In this document: one piece after another, positions 35,672 through 48,954 of the stretch | Layout: the number at the start of each line of letters is the position of its first letter | How positions within the stretch are numbered: the first letter of the stretch is position 1 | Source of the DNA: Podarcis tiliguerta | Taxonomy: Eukaryota | Direction: 5' to 3' (one strand) | DNA length: 64,000 nt | Assembly: GCA_965153285.1 (NCBI GenBank) | Contig: OZ229111.1 | Program-made: the position numbers and the translations under genes | Notes under the pieces: generated by a model | Databases searched by the model: none | Told to the model about the DNA's origin: nothing | What the model saw: the letters and a program-made list of their open reading frames with translations, nothing else

Positions 35672-36619
35672 ACCTCAGAAGATGACTCCAGCCATGGAAC
35701 ACTGCAGGTTTGAGGAGTGCCTTCCCTCCTCAAATGTCAATTGCCCTGGATCACTAGTGCAGGTGTCCATCCAACCATGTCGGCAAATCCTTACCACTTG
35801 GTTAAGACAGGAGTAGAATTGTGAAGCTTGACAATATCATGCTAGTAGAACTTGTAATAGAAAGCTATTAATTGAATTTGCAACTTCCATCATAATAACT
35901 TCTATTGTTTCGCACACATGACAAAGAGAAAAGCAATTCAAAAGTACATACATTTGGTACAACTTGCAGTGGACACCAGATATTCTGGCCTGTCCCTTAT
36001 ACAGACCTCCCATTTGAAGGCTATGTCACGGAGTACAGACATGGACGTACTTTCCAATGGAACGTACTGCTGCAAAATAAATGCATGGAATCTTAAGATA
36101 CATGCAAGTTACCAATTCCTTTCTTTTGTAGACAGGTTTACTTCAAAGGAAGAGCAATCCTATTGAGTGAGTATAACGATAGTAGCCTGTTGGCTTCTGT
36201 TCCTTTTAAGAATGTAGAAAAGGGAACAAAGAATATTTCTGTCTTTCTTCATGGAAGAGTATCAAACAGGGCCAGTTGCTTTAAAACATATTGTTAAAAA
36301 AAAAGAAAAGAATATTGGCTTTTCAATTGTATGAACTGTAGCTGTCTGTTCTCAAAGCTGTGCAGCAGAGATGCCTTAACTTGCCAAACAGATATTTAAA
36401 AGTAATTTTGAAAGTGGGAATCATAAACTTGGTAGTGTTTCTTAGATATCTAGAAATGGGATCACTGTTTAGAATGTGCTAAAATTATTTTTGTTTTTGT
36501 TAAGACGGATAGGTAGAAATTTCTCCATGTGCTTAGTTGAACCTAAGGGGGTGGGGCGGGGGAAATAGAAACACAAACCACATTTTTTGGGGGGAATTAT
36601 TTTTAAAATTGAATTTCAG

Positions 36620-36741
36620 GAGATATGACTGAAAGCAAAGCAAAGAAGATCGAGATCAAAGATGTTGATGGACTAACCTTAAGTAAACTGATTGATTACA
36701 TCTACACCGCTGAGATAGAGGTCACAGAAGAAAATGTTCAG
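36620..36741 (+). CDS. KLHL3: KLHL3 coding exon 4 (BTB)
   Basis: DMTESKAKKIEIKDVDGLTLSKLIDYIYTAEIEVTEENVQ; 122 nt. Confidence 0.97.
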
Positions 36742-37413
36742 GTGAGGCGATCTTAAAGGTGTCTTTTTAGTGGTGGCTCCCTTCCTGGGGAGATCGATAA
36801 ATTGAATTTTAAAAAATTATTTTCCAAGGCTTACCATGAGTGATTTTCTGCCTTTTCTTGTACATAGTTTTTATGATGAACTTGCTTTAGTGTTTTACTT
36901 ATGTAAGTTGCCTTCATAATTTTTCATTTTTAAAGCTGAGATTAAAATGATTCCAATAATAAAAGATTACCTAGGAATTGAAGTTAGAGATCTTTCAGGA
37001 TGTGCCTGGAAATCAGGTCATATCAGCATCATTACAACCATTATGTTCAGCAATAGAATTCTGCAATGTTTCTTTATAAAATTAAATTAAGTTCTACACG
37101 TCTTCCCTAAAGAGGGCATCTTTTGGGTAGTCACATTGTAACTGAATGGAAAATTTGATGTTTAAGGTAGCTTTCTACACACATTTAGGAGTAAGTCTAT
37201 AAGGAGTAAGTCTATGTGGGAAATACTGTGATTACACTGGTAATAATTTTTTCTCCATTCTCCAGCTGTCTGCTTAGATTTAGTATTCTAGGGGCAAAAG
37301 TATTGTGCATTTAAAAGATTTTGTACAGCATTGGTGTAAAATCAGGAATCAGTAATGTTACACTACTGCAATTGTAGAGTGAGAGAGAATTTAAGAGCTT
37401 ATATTCGTGGTTT

Positions 37414-37759
37414 GGGATGTGGGCGGCGCTGTGGTATAAACCACTGAGCATTGGGCTTGCCGATCGGAAGGTCGGCGGTTCGAATCCCTGCGACAGGGTG
37501 AACTCCTGTTGTTCGGTCCCAGCTCCTGCCCACCTAGCAGTTCGAAAGCACGTCAAGTGCAAGTAGGTAGGTACCGCTTCAGCAGTAAACGGCATTTCCG
37601 TGCGCTGCTCTGGTTCGCCAAAAGTGGCTTGGTCATTCTGGCCACATAACCTGGAAGCTGTCTGCAGACAAACGCCGGCTCCCTCGGCCTACAGAGCGAG
37701 ATGAGCGCCACAACCCCAGAGTCATCGGCGACTGGACCTAATGGTCAGGGGTACCTTTA
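37414..37759 (+). mobile_element. Sauria SINE (Squam1), full length
   Basis: tRNA head with A box ggcgctgtgg and B box ggttcgaatcc, core cacctagcagttcgaaagca, ACCTTT tail. Confidence 0.92.
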
Positions 37760-37772
37760 TCAGAAGATTTTA

Positions 37773-37894
37773 CATTGGGGTAGCCAACTTGTTGCCCTAC
37801 AGATGCTGTGGTTCCCAGCAGCCAGCTTAGCCAGTAGTCAGGGTGGTAGGAGTTGTAGTCTGAAGCATTTGGGAAGCACCCTGTTGGCTGCCCT
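37773..37894. mobile_element. Degenerate hAT-type MITE
   Basis: ggggtagccaac...ggagttgtagtc...gttggctgccct. Confidence 0.6.
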
Positions 37895-37946
37895 ATCTTC
37901 ACTTAACCCTCAGAGCCTTGTGAGTTTTTGGAACATATTAACCAAA

Positions 37947-38131
37947 GCTTAGTAAAAGAGCATGTGCTTTGCATGCAGAAGATTCCAGATGCAATCCATG
38001 GCATCTCAGGGAGAGCTGGGAGAGACCCTTGTGTGAAACCTTGGAGATGCATCCACTGCTGGTCAGTGTAGACATTACTGAGCTACATGGACCAATGGTC
38101 TGACTTGGGGTAAGGCAGTTTCTCATGTTCC
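37947..38131 (+). mobile_element. Squam3-like tRNA SINE
   Basis: gagcatgtgctttgcatgcagaag head; tail ccactgctggtcagtgtagac...ggaccaatggtctgac...ggcagtttctcatgttc. Confidence 0.75.
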
Positions 38132-38702
38132 TTGGTGGGTTATAAGAAGATCATGTAGATCATGACAATCACTTAGGTACAAGTTAAGCACCCTGGGTCA
38201 AAGCACTTTAACTTAAATCAATGCCAGTCTTCTGTGTTTTGATAATTTGGATTTGGCCCTTGAAAAGTGATATGGCTGAATGCTTTACTGATATAATTGT
38301 TGAAGGTCCTGAACTCTGTTTTAATGGACAGGCCTGCTGCTGAAAGATCATGTGGATTCACAAGTAATGCGCTTAGATATTTGCACTATAGGATAATGCT
38401 GGTTCCTGTCTTTGAGTATTTTTAGTGGAAGCATTGCAGGCCAGCGCCATATTGTCCCAGGGGGTCCCTGCTCTGCTATTTAATACAAGTATTCACAACC
38501 CAGTTTAATTTCTGTCATGGCTGAATAATTGTATCAAGTGCTGTAGAGCAGCAGTCATTTGGCTCCAGACATTTATGTAACAATTTAGAATGTTTGAAGA
38601 ATTTCACATTCAGTATATAAGCAATCTGTGGAATTTTAAAAGTTAATTATTACTGTTCTTACATGGGGTGGGGGGTGGGGAATGGCAAAGCTGAAGGGCA
38701 AT

Positions 38703-38950
38703 GGTCTTGTTCAGACATCACAACCAAGGATGTTGGCACCATTCCTTGTGCGCTCACACATTCCTTCTCTTTGTTTGGTTCTCAGTAAGTAGTTTGCCAT
38801 TTTATCGGAATATAAGGCAAACTATGGTTATCATAGTATGCCATAGTTTTAATACAAACCAGAATCCCAGTCTGATCTTTGGTTTCCAGTTCTTGTTTGG
38901 ATGCAAAATGTGGTTTGTAGTTAACCATGGTTTATCTGATTTGTATGCCA
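38703..38950. repeat. Unclassified squamate repeat rich in AACCATGGTT-like motifs
   Basis: Recurring aactatggtt / aaccatggttt motifs. Confidence 0.4.
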
Positions 38951-39285
38951 TGGAATATTATAGTTGTTATATGCTTGTTTGAAAGCCCTTTAAATCATGG
39001 GGTCGCTTCCGGCTCTACAATTCTATCTGTTCCAACCCCCTGCAGTGCAGGCTGCTTAGTGTTTAAAGGTCTGAAAGTGGCCTGCAATATAAAAACAATA
39101 ACACTATATGATAAAAACAGATAAAAACAGGTGTTCAGCAATAACAGGGTCCAGTGTTGTGGACAGGGAAGACCTGGTTTGAGACATAGTTCTCACAAAC
39201 TGGGAAATGAGGAAGGGAATTGGAATGCACAAGAAGAGGAGGGTACGTATGAGCCGGAACTGCTGCCCTGGTAGGCTACCTAGGC

Positions 39286-39421
39286 CAGGCTTCCTCAACC
39301 TCGGTCCTCCATATGTTTTTGGCCTACAACTCCCACGATCCCTAGCTAGTAGGACCAGTGGTCAGGGATGATGGGAATTGTAGTCTCAAAACATCTGGAG
39401 GGCCGAGGTTGAGGAAGCCTG
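39286..39421. mobile_element. hAT-type MITE, nearly fully palindromic
   Basis: TIR CAGGCTTCCTCAACCTCGG / CCGAGGTTGAGGAAGCCTG; degenerate 8-bp TSD acctaggc / atctgggc. Confidence 0.88.
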
Positions 39422-41058
39422 ATCTGGGCCATCTTTGTAGCAAGAAACGGGGTTATGTGGTTCACAGATAATTAGCATAGATGTGAATTTGCCCTTTACT
39501 TGGAACTGTTGTTCTAAAACTACACTGAAACTTGAAACTTTTATCATATTAGTGGAATTCCAATACACCAAAGCAGTTCTAGGAAATTGCTGGAAAAAAG
39601 AAACAGTTGTTATTCTTTTCCTTTTGCTAATTTAAGTTAATCTGTGCTAGGAATCAAAAGTGTTTGGGAGCCAGAGCCCATAGCTTAATTAATTTCTGTG
39701 TTTTATTGTTGCCTGTTGGGGGTTAGCATTCTCTGAAAAAGTTACTGATTTGTAATATTCCTGTGTGATCCAGCTGGGTTGGATTTTTCTTGCTGGAATA
39801 GTACAGTGAATGCACCCCAGGGCACGTTGCAGTTTTACTACTGTTCTTTTGGGATGAAGTGAGTTGAGGCAGTGGATGAACACAGTTTTCTTCTTGCCAA
39901 CACAGTGTAATGGCAAGGTAAGTCTTTAACGATATTTGTCATGCTTTTCTAGATCAGTCCTTGGAGACCTGCTTATGAGTTTGCTTGATTCCAACAGAGT
40001 AAATGCATATTTAGCAGTGAGGGAAAGAGTGACATTAATACTGTTTAGCTTTTAAAAGGGCCTTGCCTTTTAAAAACGGCTTTTTCATTGCTAGAGCTGG
40101 TGAGGAGTCTTCCTGGCAGATAAACAAATGTAAGTGCCCCAGGCCATCTTCTCAATCTGCCTTCATTCAGTACTGTAGATATCATTGACATCACCAGAAT
40201 GTCACATACAGATATGATTCTTTCAGCAGTATGAGCCCTTTGGATATACTAACAGTTTGCTGCCTGTAATGGAAAATGATTCATGGTGAAGTTGGACAGC
40301 AGGTGCTGATGTACCAGTGCCATTCATAAAGAAGTGTGTTTTTTTGTGGAGATGTAAAGTTTCTATGATGACTGGCTTCTTTGACCTTGAGGACCACATT
40401 CTTTGTATTCAAGAGGGCTGCAACTACTGTACATGTTAAGTTATTGCTCATTACAATGACTGTATATAATTTCTCCTGGGGGTAGAGGCTGTATCAGCTT
40501 TGTAATGTATGTTCATGTCTTGTAAAACATGCAGGGCAATAACATGTAGCCCTTTCTACACCATAAGGAAGCCGTGCACACTTACAGTGTGGTATTAAAA
40601 CAACAAATGGGGAGCGTGGCCTGAACATAGTGGTAAAATCAAAATGCTGTGAAGAATGAGGTAATGAGCAATGATTTATTCAGTGGGGGATAATTTCAAA
40701 AATGCAGAAGTAAAAATAGCACAGTGTATTCTAGCTTCTTTTTTAAGAACACCACCTACTCCATATACTAATCTTTATGAGAAATCCTGTAATTTTAGGT
40801 GGATTTGCTATGACGTACATATCAGAACTATTAATTCTGTCCCACATCTTCATCCTCTTTGAAGGGAAAGGGAGATATCAAAAGGATGACTGCCTGCATG
40901 AGATCTCTCTTTTTGGTCATGTGTAGTCTGTCCTCTGATTCTGAAATGGCTTCGTTGTCTCTTCCTCAACTGTGCTGTAGCAAATTGCAACAGAATATTT
41001 ATCCAAGAAGGCGAAGTATAGTTGCTCATTCTCTGCCATTTTTTCCTCTGCCTTTCAG

Positions 41059-41221
41059 GTTTTGTTACCAGCAGCTAGCCTATTGCAGCTAATGGATGTT
41101 CGACAAAACTGTTGTGACTTTCTTCAATCTCAGCTCCATCCCACGAATTGCCTTGGTATTCGCGCCTTTGCAGATGTGCATACTTGCACTGAACTGTTGC
41201 AACAGGCCAACGCCTATGCAG
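41059..41221 (+). CDS. KLHL3: KLHL3 coding exon 5
   Basis: [54 protein letters not shown]; 163 nt. Confidence 0.97.
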
Positions 41222-42976
41222 GTGATCAAACACGCCTCCAAGTTGTCTCTTGTTTCGAAATATTGATGCCTGGAGGACAATTTCCTGCTTGCTTCCTCAT
41301 AAGCAAAGAATGAGGGAGGAGGCAGAGAAGCAGATGATTGAATCTACTTAAAAGGGTAGAAATACTTAGAATTTTTGTCATTTTCAAAATCAGCTGCTGG
41401 TTCCAGTTTTGTACTGAGATGCAACGACATTTTCTATGTTACTAAAGCCATAGTTTTATGTACCTGCTCATCCTGGACTTTATACTGCCTTTGGTAGCAT
41501 CCATGATAGATACAGGAGGACTGCACCAGCAATGTCCCCTACCCTCTATTATTTGGAAATGTTACTGATTTTCAAAATATGAATCGGATCTATGCCCAGT
41601 GGGCAGGACAGAAATACAGAGCCCAGGAACATCTTTTGGCTGTCTGTTAAATTTTTGATAGCCTTCAGATAAAGTGTTTCCAACACATAGGCTTAAAATT
41701 CCTTACAGTGAAGCAGGCTCTTGCTCTCTGAGACGTTAGACCTACTTTCAGTTAGCCGCCTTCACAGTGACATTTGCAGTTGTGCTTAGAAACACAGTGA
41801 TTAGAAAATGGCAGGTGTTAAATAAGATAGCCACTTAATGCGGCACCAGAAATAGATGAAATGAGTAACTGCAAAAGAGGGCACAGGAGAACACAGTCAT
41901 TTAAAATTTTCATATGCTAATGTATATGTACAGATGCAAATTTAGAAATAATTACTATAATTTAAATAGAAATACAGTGTATTTCTTCATAACGAGGAAG
42001 ATGGTGACAAATGCATCCAGGCACCAACAATTGATGGGCAACTTCAAGGTCTCGCCATTCTCTTTTATTTAAATCAGACTTGGACCAGACCATCCTTCAA
42101 ATAAAGGACTGTCCTCTGACAACCCTTCAGATATAGGACAGGCCTCTAGGAAGTAGTACAAATATGGCCACCCTAGAATCAAATTACTTGCAAATCCAGA
42201 TGAAACCTTTTCAGTCACTTGCTTGCAGCATAATAAGCAAAGGAGAAACTGGTGTCTGGGACAAATGGCTCGCTCTTCAAGGTTTGATTTTTAGAATTGT
42301 TTAATCTTTAACCAGGCAAGTATTGCGTTCAGTTTAGATTGGCTGTTAGGTAATTATAAGAGCTGCTTTTTTTGTTTTATTGGCCTTCATGAACCCTTTT
42401 ACTTCAGAATCCTATGTAATGTTAATGAAAAGTCATTCAAAAAATGCTATCCAAGTTCTTTGGCTATACATTAACTGGGTCAAACAAAATATCTGCATGT
42501 TAAAAGTGAGTAAGAGGGAGCAGATGAGGTCACTTACTAGGGGGAAAAAATTGCCTTTGAAAAAGTGACTTAAAGCAAATGACATGGGCCTGCTAAGTGT
42601 AAGTTTCTGCCTTTGCAAAATTATTATCACACTCCTACATTTCTACCCTAAAGGGTTGCCTGTAGACGAGTGTATTGTGCATGGTTTGGCTGAGATCTGT
42701 TTCTGCAAGGGCCACCTGCTGGCAAATACAAGAATGACATTTCAATAGCTAATAGAGAACTCCACCTCTGTAGCAGGCAGCTTCCCAGGCTATTACAGGC
42801 AACTCTGATTGCTTCTGCCCATAGGAAAGCTGCTTTATACTGAGCCAGGGCCGCTGGTCCATATAACAGAATTGCAAACACTTATGACAGCAGTGTTTCA
42901 GACAGGAGTGACCTTTGGCAAGCAATGTATGTTCGCTACCCCAAGGTATGGACTTGTTTTTGAATACAGAGATTCA

Positions 42977-43478
42977 TGTGTCCAGTTCTGGGCACCACAG
43001 TTCAAGAAGGACACTGACAAACTAGAACGTGTACAGAGGAGGGCAACCAAAATGGTCAAAGGCCTGGAAACAATGCCTTATGAGGATCGGCTAAGGGAGC
43101 TTGGCATGTTTAGCCTGGAGAAGAGGAGGTTAAGGGGTGATATGATAGCCATGTTCAAATATATAAAAGGATGTCACATAGAGGAGGGAGAAAGGTTGTT
43201 TTCTGCTGCTCCAGAGAAGCGGACACGGAGCAATGGATACAAACTACAAGAAAGAAGATTCCACCTAAACATTAGGAAGAACTTCCTGACAGTAAGAGCT
43301 GTCCGACGGTGGAATTTGCTGCCAAGGAGTGTGGTGGAGTCTCCTTCTTTGGAGGTCTTTAAGCAGAGGCTTGACAACCATATGTCAGGAGTGCTCTGAT
43401 GGTGTTTCCTGCTTGGCAGGGGGTTGGACTCGATGGCCCTTGTGGTCTCTTCCAACTCTATGATTCTATGATTCTATG
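42977..43478 (+). mobile_element. CR1 LINE 3' end, young
   Basis: Intact ORF2 C-terminus [26 protein letters not shown]...FKQRLD and (ATTCTATG)n tail. Confidence 0.95.
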
Positions 43479-43683
43479 TGCACAACAGCAGACTGTGTTT
43501 GGCACTGTGGCTGTGGAGTTGTCCCTCTTTCCTTGCTTGTGGTAATTCTGTGCAGGCTATGTCATTCTTCTTCTTATTATTATTTCACAACATAAAATTG
43601 CAATATAATTTACTGCTTCTACTAGCCCCTTCTTTAGACTCATTGTAACCTTCATTTTCTCAACTTTTGGTTGTTTTGAACAG

Positions 43684-43793
43684 AGCAGCATTTTCCTGAG
43701 GTGATGCTTGGTGAAGAATTCCTTAGCCTTAGCCTAGACCAAGTTTGCAGTTTGATATCAAGTGACAAGCTAACCGTTTCATCAGAAGAAAAG
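43684..43793 (+). CDS. KLHL3: KLHL3 coding exon 6 (BACK)
   Basis: QHFPEVMLGEEFLSLSLDQVCSLISSDKLTVSSEEK; 110 nt. Confidence 0.97.
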
Positions 43794-43971
43794 GTTTGGC
43801 CTGCTGCACAGTCTGTAATGCAGAAATATAACAGTATTGCAGTGTTTTCAGCAAAAGAATGACAAAATATATGGGCACTAGAAGCAGATCGTCCCCAATA
43901 TTTCCAGAAATAGACACATTTTAATTACATTTAAGGTGGCGCTTCTTTGGGGGAACCGTGTGTATCTAGAG

Positions 43972-44097
43972 CAACAGTGGAGAACCTGTGGCCTCCAGAT
44001 GTTGTTGGACTATGTCTTCCGTTGACCATTGGCTGTGCTGGCTGGGGCTGATGGGAATCCAGCAGTATCTGGAGGGTTCCTGGTTTAGAAACTGCTG
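43972..44097. mobile_element. hAT-type palindromic MITE
   Basis: ggcctccagatgttgttggacta...gatgggaat...atctggaggg. Confidence 0.65.
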
Positions 44098-44215
44098 TCT
44101 TGGATCAAGACAGTCAAACAAGCATGCTGAACCACCTGTCACTCAGGGGTCTATAGGAAAAAGCATTTTAAGCATAGTTAAATAAACTTTATGTGATTAC
44201 TTAAACTTTCTGATA

Positions 44216-44455
44216 CAGTGGTATCTCGGGCTACAAACACTTCAGGTTACAAACAGTTCAGGTTACAGATTCCGCTAACCCGGAAGTAGTACCTCGGGTT
44301 AAGGACTTTACCTCAGGATGAGAACAGAAATCGCACAGCGGCGGCAGCAGCAGCAGAAGGCCCCATTAGCTAAAGTGGTACCTCAGGGTAAGAACGGTTT
44401 CAGGTTAAGAACGGACCTCCGGAACAAATTAAGTTCGTAACCAGAGGTACCACTG
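44216..44455. mobile_element. Tc1/mariner-type MITE, intact
   Basis: TA-CAGTGGTATCTCGGG...CCAGAGGTACCACTG-TA; same family as 14754-15398, opposite orientation. Confidence 0.9.
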
Positions 44456-45998
44456 TATTGATCACTCTTATTTGGAGGTAAGCAAGGAGGGCTGCTGTAT
44501 ACATTGGCCCCTTCCCACATGCTAAATGACTTAGTCCTACCCCACATAAGAATATTTAGTGGCTTAGTTTTACATCCCAGCCACAGACTGTGTTTTGTTT
44601 TATTTCTAATAAATCACAGTCATTTATATTGGTTACTGTGCAGGGAACAAGTCTTGTATAGACACACAAGATGTCACAATGAACTGTGTTGTATTAGCTT
44701 GCTACTATACAGACAGATAAAAGCTTCAGTGTCAGAAGTAAAATAAAAATAAAAGTCTCTTTCCTTCCAGTCTATTTTTAATAATTTCGGAAATAGTTTT
44801 AAATGTTTATTTTATTATTTCACTTGCACATTGATCTTTTTTCAAAGAGCTTGCATATGGTTTCCAGGCAGGTTACAGTTCAGCAGGACTAAATCACCTG
44901 CCTTTAGTATAACTCTGGTGCAAGTGCAAAACAGCAAACTGAGCAATAATAAAATAAAGTGAGTATGGTACTTCTTAAAAATAAAATAAAAATCTGTTCC
45001 TTTAATCGCTTGTTCCAAAGTAAATTTGCCCCATATTAGCTTTAATTTGTACATATTTGTGATTAAAAGCCTCTGCTTCTTGTGGTCAAGAGCAAAGGTG
45101 GAATTCTGGAAAGGGTAAAATGTGTAAATTAAAGGAATGTGATATCTGGTAACCCAGCAAGGTTATGACTGTTGTACACTAAGGAAAGATTTGATGCAGA
45201 TGAAGTCACAGAGCATCTAAATGCAGCTAAGTATCTTGTGCAGTGGGGAAAGGAAGGACCGTTCTTCAGCAGCCACTAATTAAGTTGAAGGGGTGAGAAG
45301 ACACACAGGTCAAAGTTCCCAATTCTAAAACAGAGTTAAATCAGCAATTAATTAACCTTCTGTAGATAGTACAGCAAGCAGAATAGAATGCAATTAGCGC
45401 CACTTTAAATTTAATGCCCCATTCCTAATTTACATTGGCCAGACGATACGGTTTTTAAAAAGTGCCAACGCATTTATGTGCACAAATGCCATCACCACTT
45501 AAGTCCAAAAGTCCCAGCTGGCCTATGCGTTCCATTACATAGTAAGTCATCAGAACATCCTTTCTCTTGAATGTTCCTTCTCATGCCCATGAGTATCATA
45601 AATGTTTTCAGTTGGAAGGTTCATGTCATGAAAGACTCCTATTGAAACACATATTTCAAGTTGTCGGGCATTGGACTGAGCTCAACAAAAAACAGCATTT
45701 AAGTTGTGCAGTACTTATATTCATGGCGTTAGATAGTCTTTGTGGTCGGGATTGTACAGTAGACATTTAATACAAAGTTTGTTGGACCCTTCAGAATGCA
45801 GAAAATCATACAATCACAATAAAATAAGCCAGTTTTGATTCTTTTAAAATCCATCTTTTTATCATATCTTCTTGCTTTTGAAAATACCTTTAGTTGGTTT
45901 TTCCAAACCTATTTCATTACTTACTGAACCTCTGCTTGAGGTTGGATTTAACGGTTTATGTCCCTTTTAAAAGACAGGTGTTTTATTGCTCTTTCCAG

Positions 45999-46115
45999 GT
46001 GTTTGAAGCTGTCATTTCTTGGATAAATTATGAGAAAGAGTCTCGTTTGGAACACATGGCTAAGTTGATGGAACATGTCCGCCTCCCTCTCTTGCCCAGA
46101 GATTACCTTGTACAG
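45999..46115 (+). CDS. KLHL3: KLHL3 coding exon 7
   Basis: VFEAVISWINYEKESRLEHMAKLMEHVRLPLLPRDYLVQ; 117 nt. Confidence 0.97.
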
Positions 46116-46880
46116 GTTAGTGTTCTTCTAGTATCTACAGCACTAAAAGTTTAATAATATACGCTTGGGCTGCTTGTTTGTGGCTTGCCATCAATCAAAA
46201 GAACCTTGGATAGCCTTCATAATTATGTGTGTGCCATCCTAGCAGATAAACATGTTCTGAATCTCCTTTTCACTTGAAGGTTCTGCTGGGCAGAGAATGA
46301 GAGCTAACCTTGTCCATAAAAACTGGTGCAGTGTAAAGCTGTCACTTTTGTGTCCTGATAATATAGAAATTTGGGATATTTGTCTTTAGCAGATACATTG
46401 TCGAGGTTGCTTCACTGATAGATCAAGGGGGGAAGCACTGGAGAAAATTACTGCCAGTTTATGCGAAGATGGCCATTCTCTTTGTTTAGTATCTACATGC
46501 GCACTATAGTTATTTCCAAGCTTTTCTTTTCACAGAACTGTGTTTTTTTTCCTTTTAAAAAAAGATTCCAAATTTTTAAAAAAGAACCTGGGGATTGGAG
46601 CTGCTGAGACACAAGCATGCATATCTCCTTGTTGTTTCATTACTGCCGGTTTCTGAAGTTGTGTGAATGTTTTAATTCCTTAAAATACCATGTCTGGAAC
46701 TGCTAGTGCAAATTAATCTTAGTCACAGTTCAATTATGCAGCTGAAAATTCAAAACACAACCTTTTGCATTGTTGACTTCTAAAGGAGAAGGAGCCCTAT
46801 GCATTTGTGGAGCTCTGTCTTTTCTGAATTGTGACTTGAGCCCCAAGCATGTGAGGTTTTGGATTGCTGCCACTGTGGGG

Positions 46881-46936
46881 TGTGTGTGTGTGTGTGTGTC
46901 TGTGTGTGTCTGTGGGTGTGGGTGTGTGTATGTGTG
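46881..46936. repeat. Imperfect (TG)n microsatellite
   Basis: Direct reading. Confidence 0.85.
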
Positions 46937-47292
46937 TTATATCTCAAAGCTTTTGTCTCCCAAGTTATAAGATCTCATAGTTCCTTGTCTTCTGGAGCTT
47001 GTATTAAGTAGTGTTGTAAATATTTTAAGATGGGATTGCTGTACTTATGCACTAATCAAAACATTTATACTAAGCTTGCACAGTTTAACACAACACAAGC
47101 ATTACTGCACAGTTGAAGTAGATAATATTGTAGTGAGTGAAATAGGGGAATGGGATAATGATGTGGAAGAAGCAGTTTGGGGTTTTATTTCTACTGCTAC
47201 ACTGAAATCATGAATGAGCATTACAGCGGCCTGCTAGTGACTGATAATACTGATAATAGCCATAGTATTAATATCTTTGTTGGTGTCTTCAG

Positions 47293-47442
47293 ACAGTTGA
47301 AGAAGAAGCTTTAATCAAGAACAATAACACATGTAAAGATTTCCTTATTGAGGCCATGAAATACCACTTGCTTCCTCTGGATCAACGGCAGTTGATAAAG
47401 AATCCTAGAACAAAACCAAGGACCCCAGTCAGTCTGCCAAAG
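47293..47442 (+). CDS. KLHL3: KLHL3 coding exon 8
   Basis: TVEEEALIKNNNTCKDFLIEAMKYHLLPLDQRQLIKNPRTKPRTPVSLPK; 150 nt. Confidence 0.97.
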
Positions 47443-48702
47443 GTAAGCTATTTTTTTCTTGCTGAAATACCCAAGATGATGGTCACATGCCCCCTTTACA
47501 TGGATATGCACAGTGGTTAGAATTGCATGATCATTTCCCCTTGAAGGAGGATTGGGCGCATGCAGACATATCTGCACACAGTGTTCATTGCCCTTTTGCA
47601 CACATGAATGTCCATTAAATTGTCAGCATGTTGGAAAGAGACTTCCCACTTTGACCTGGGTAAATGGTTCAACTTTGCTGAAGTTCCTATAGGTGGTAAT
47701 GGTGGTACATGTTTTGTTTTTGTTTTTTGACTAGGGCATATGTGACTCAACCCATGGAAGATGTTTATTAGCAAACCAACAGTCATCTTACACCATTACT
47801 AGAATAATTTCTTACCAAACAGAGAAACGGTGCGGTTTCTTGTTTTGACAACTACTGCTACTCCTATTCTAGTTTTTCTATTAAAGCTGATTCAAAACCC
47901 ATTGCAATCAGCCACTGTTCCATAAACTTGGCTCTGCCACACTACTGCATGAAGAAATGCCAGTCAGAGGCAAAAACGGAAAGGTTGCTCTGTTGTTGTG
48001 TGTTGTTATATCCCAGATGGTGTTGGGATGTTGGGTTAAAGTGGTTCTCAAAGCAAATAGCCAGTAAAGGAGCACTATGGTTTTAGTATGTGCATGTGTT
48101 TTGAAAACTTTGCCATTTTGAATGCAGCTAGGTTTATGCACACATACACAGTGTGTGCATACATTTTTAAAGAAAAGAAGCACTGTGTATGTATATATAA
48201 TTTGAGCAAACACAGAGCCATTAAATGCTTGTTCAAGTAATTCCCCCTCCCCCTCCCATTATCCTGGGAATTATAATCTCCCTTTGTTAAAACTAGTCTC
48301 TCTTGAAACTAAGCACCATCGGCGTTTCCATTGTTCTTAGAATTTTCATATCATTGCTAGGCTGTTATCAAATGCTTTTATTAAAATGTAGCTCTTCTGG
48401 GATCTGAACTAATTACCTTTTGCAAAGGAAGCTAGATAATCTGTGAAAGCTAGAGTACATAGGCTTTGCCCAAAGGCTTCAATCAGTATTTTATCCAATA
48501 ATGTATTGACTGTACTTCCAAGTTCAATATCATTCAAATGCCAACTTCTCATGCATCTGAAGTAAACTTTGCTTTTTTTTCTTGGGTGAGTTCTCACATA
48601 GCTGATGGTGTCCTAATGCCATTTAAGGCCCCAAATAAGATCAAGGATTTTTGTTTGCTGTTGAAAATGCTCTCATGGTAACTTTTCTCCCTTCCTACCA
48701 AG

Positions 48703-48820
48703 GTAATGATGGTGGTTGGTGGGCAAGCACCTAAAGCCATTCGGAGTGTAGAGTGTTATGATTTTGAGGAGGAGCGATGGGATCAAGTTGCTGAACTTCC
48801 TTCTCGGAGATGTAGAGCAG
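48703..48820 (+). CDS. KLHL3: KLHL3 coding exon 9 (kelch)
   Basis: VMMVVGGQAPKAIRSVECYDFEEERWDQVAELPSRRCRA; 118 nt. Confidence 0.97.
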
Positions 48821-48954
48821 GTAAATATTTTCCCTATTAAAAAAAAAATAGCCTCAGTCATAATCACAAAAATTATTTAGGACGGATTTTATATATTCAG
48901 TTGAATTTTAGGCTAAAGTAAAACATTAGAGTTAGCCCTTCTCTTTTAACAGAG

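Noticed and set aside
39263-39271. CTGCCCTGG resembling the start of miR-874, which lies in a KLHL3 intron in mammals
   Set aside because: Only 9 nt match and there is no precursor hairpin
42809-43399. 196-aa ORF as a host gene
   Set aside because: CR1 ORF2 tail fused by chance to open intronic sequence
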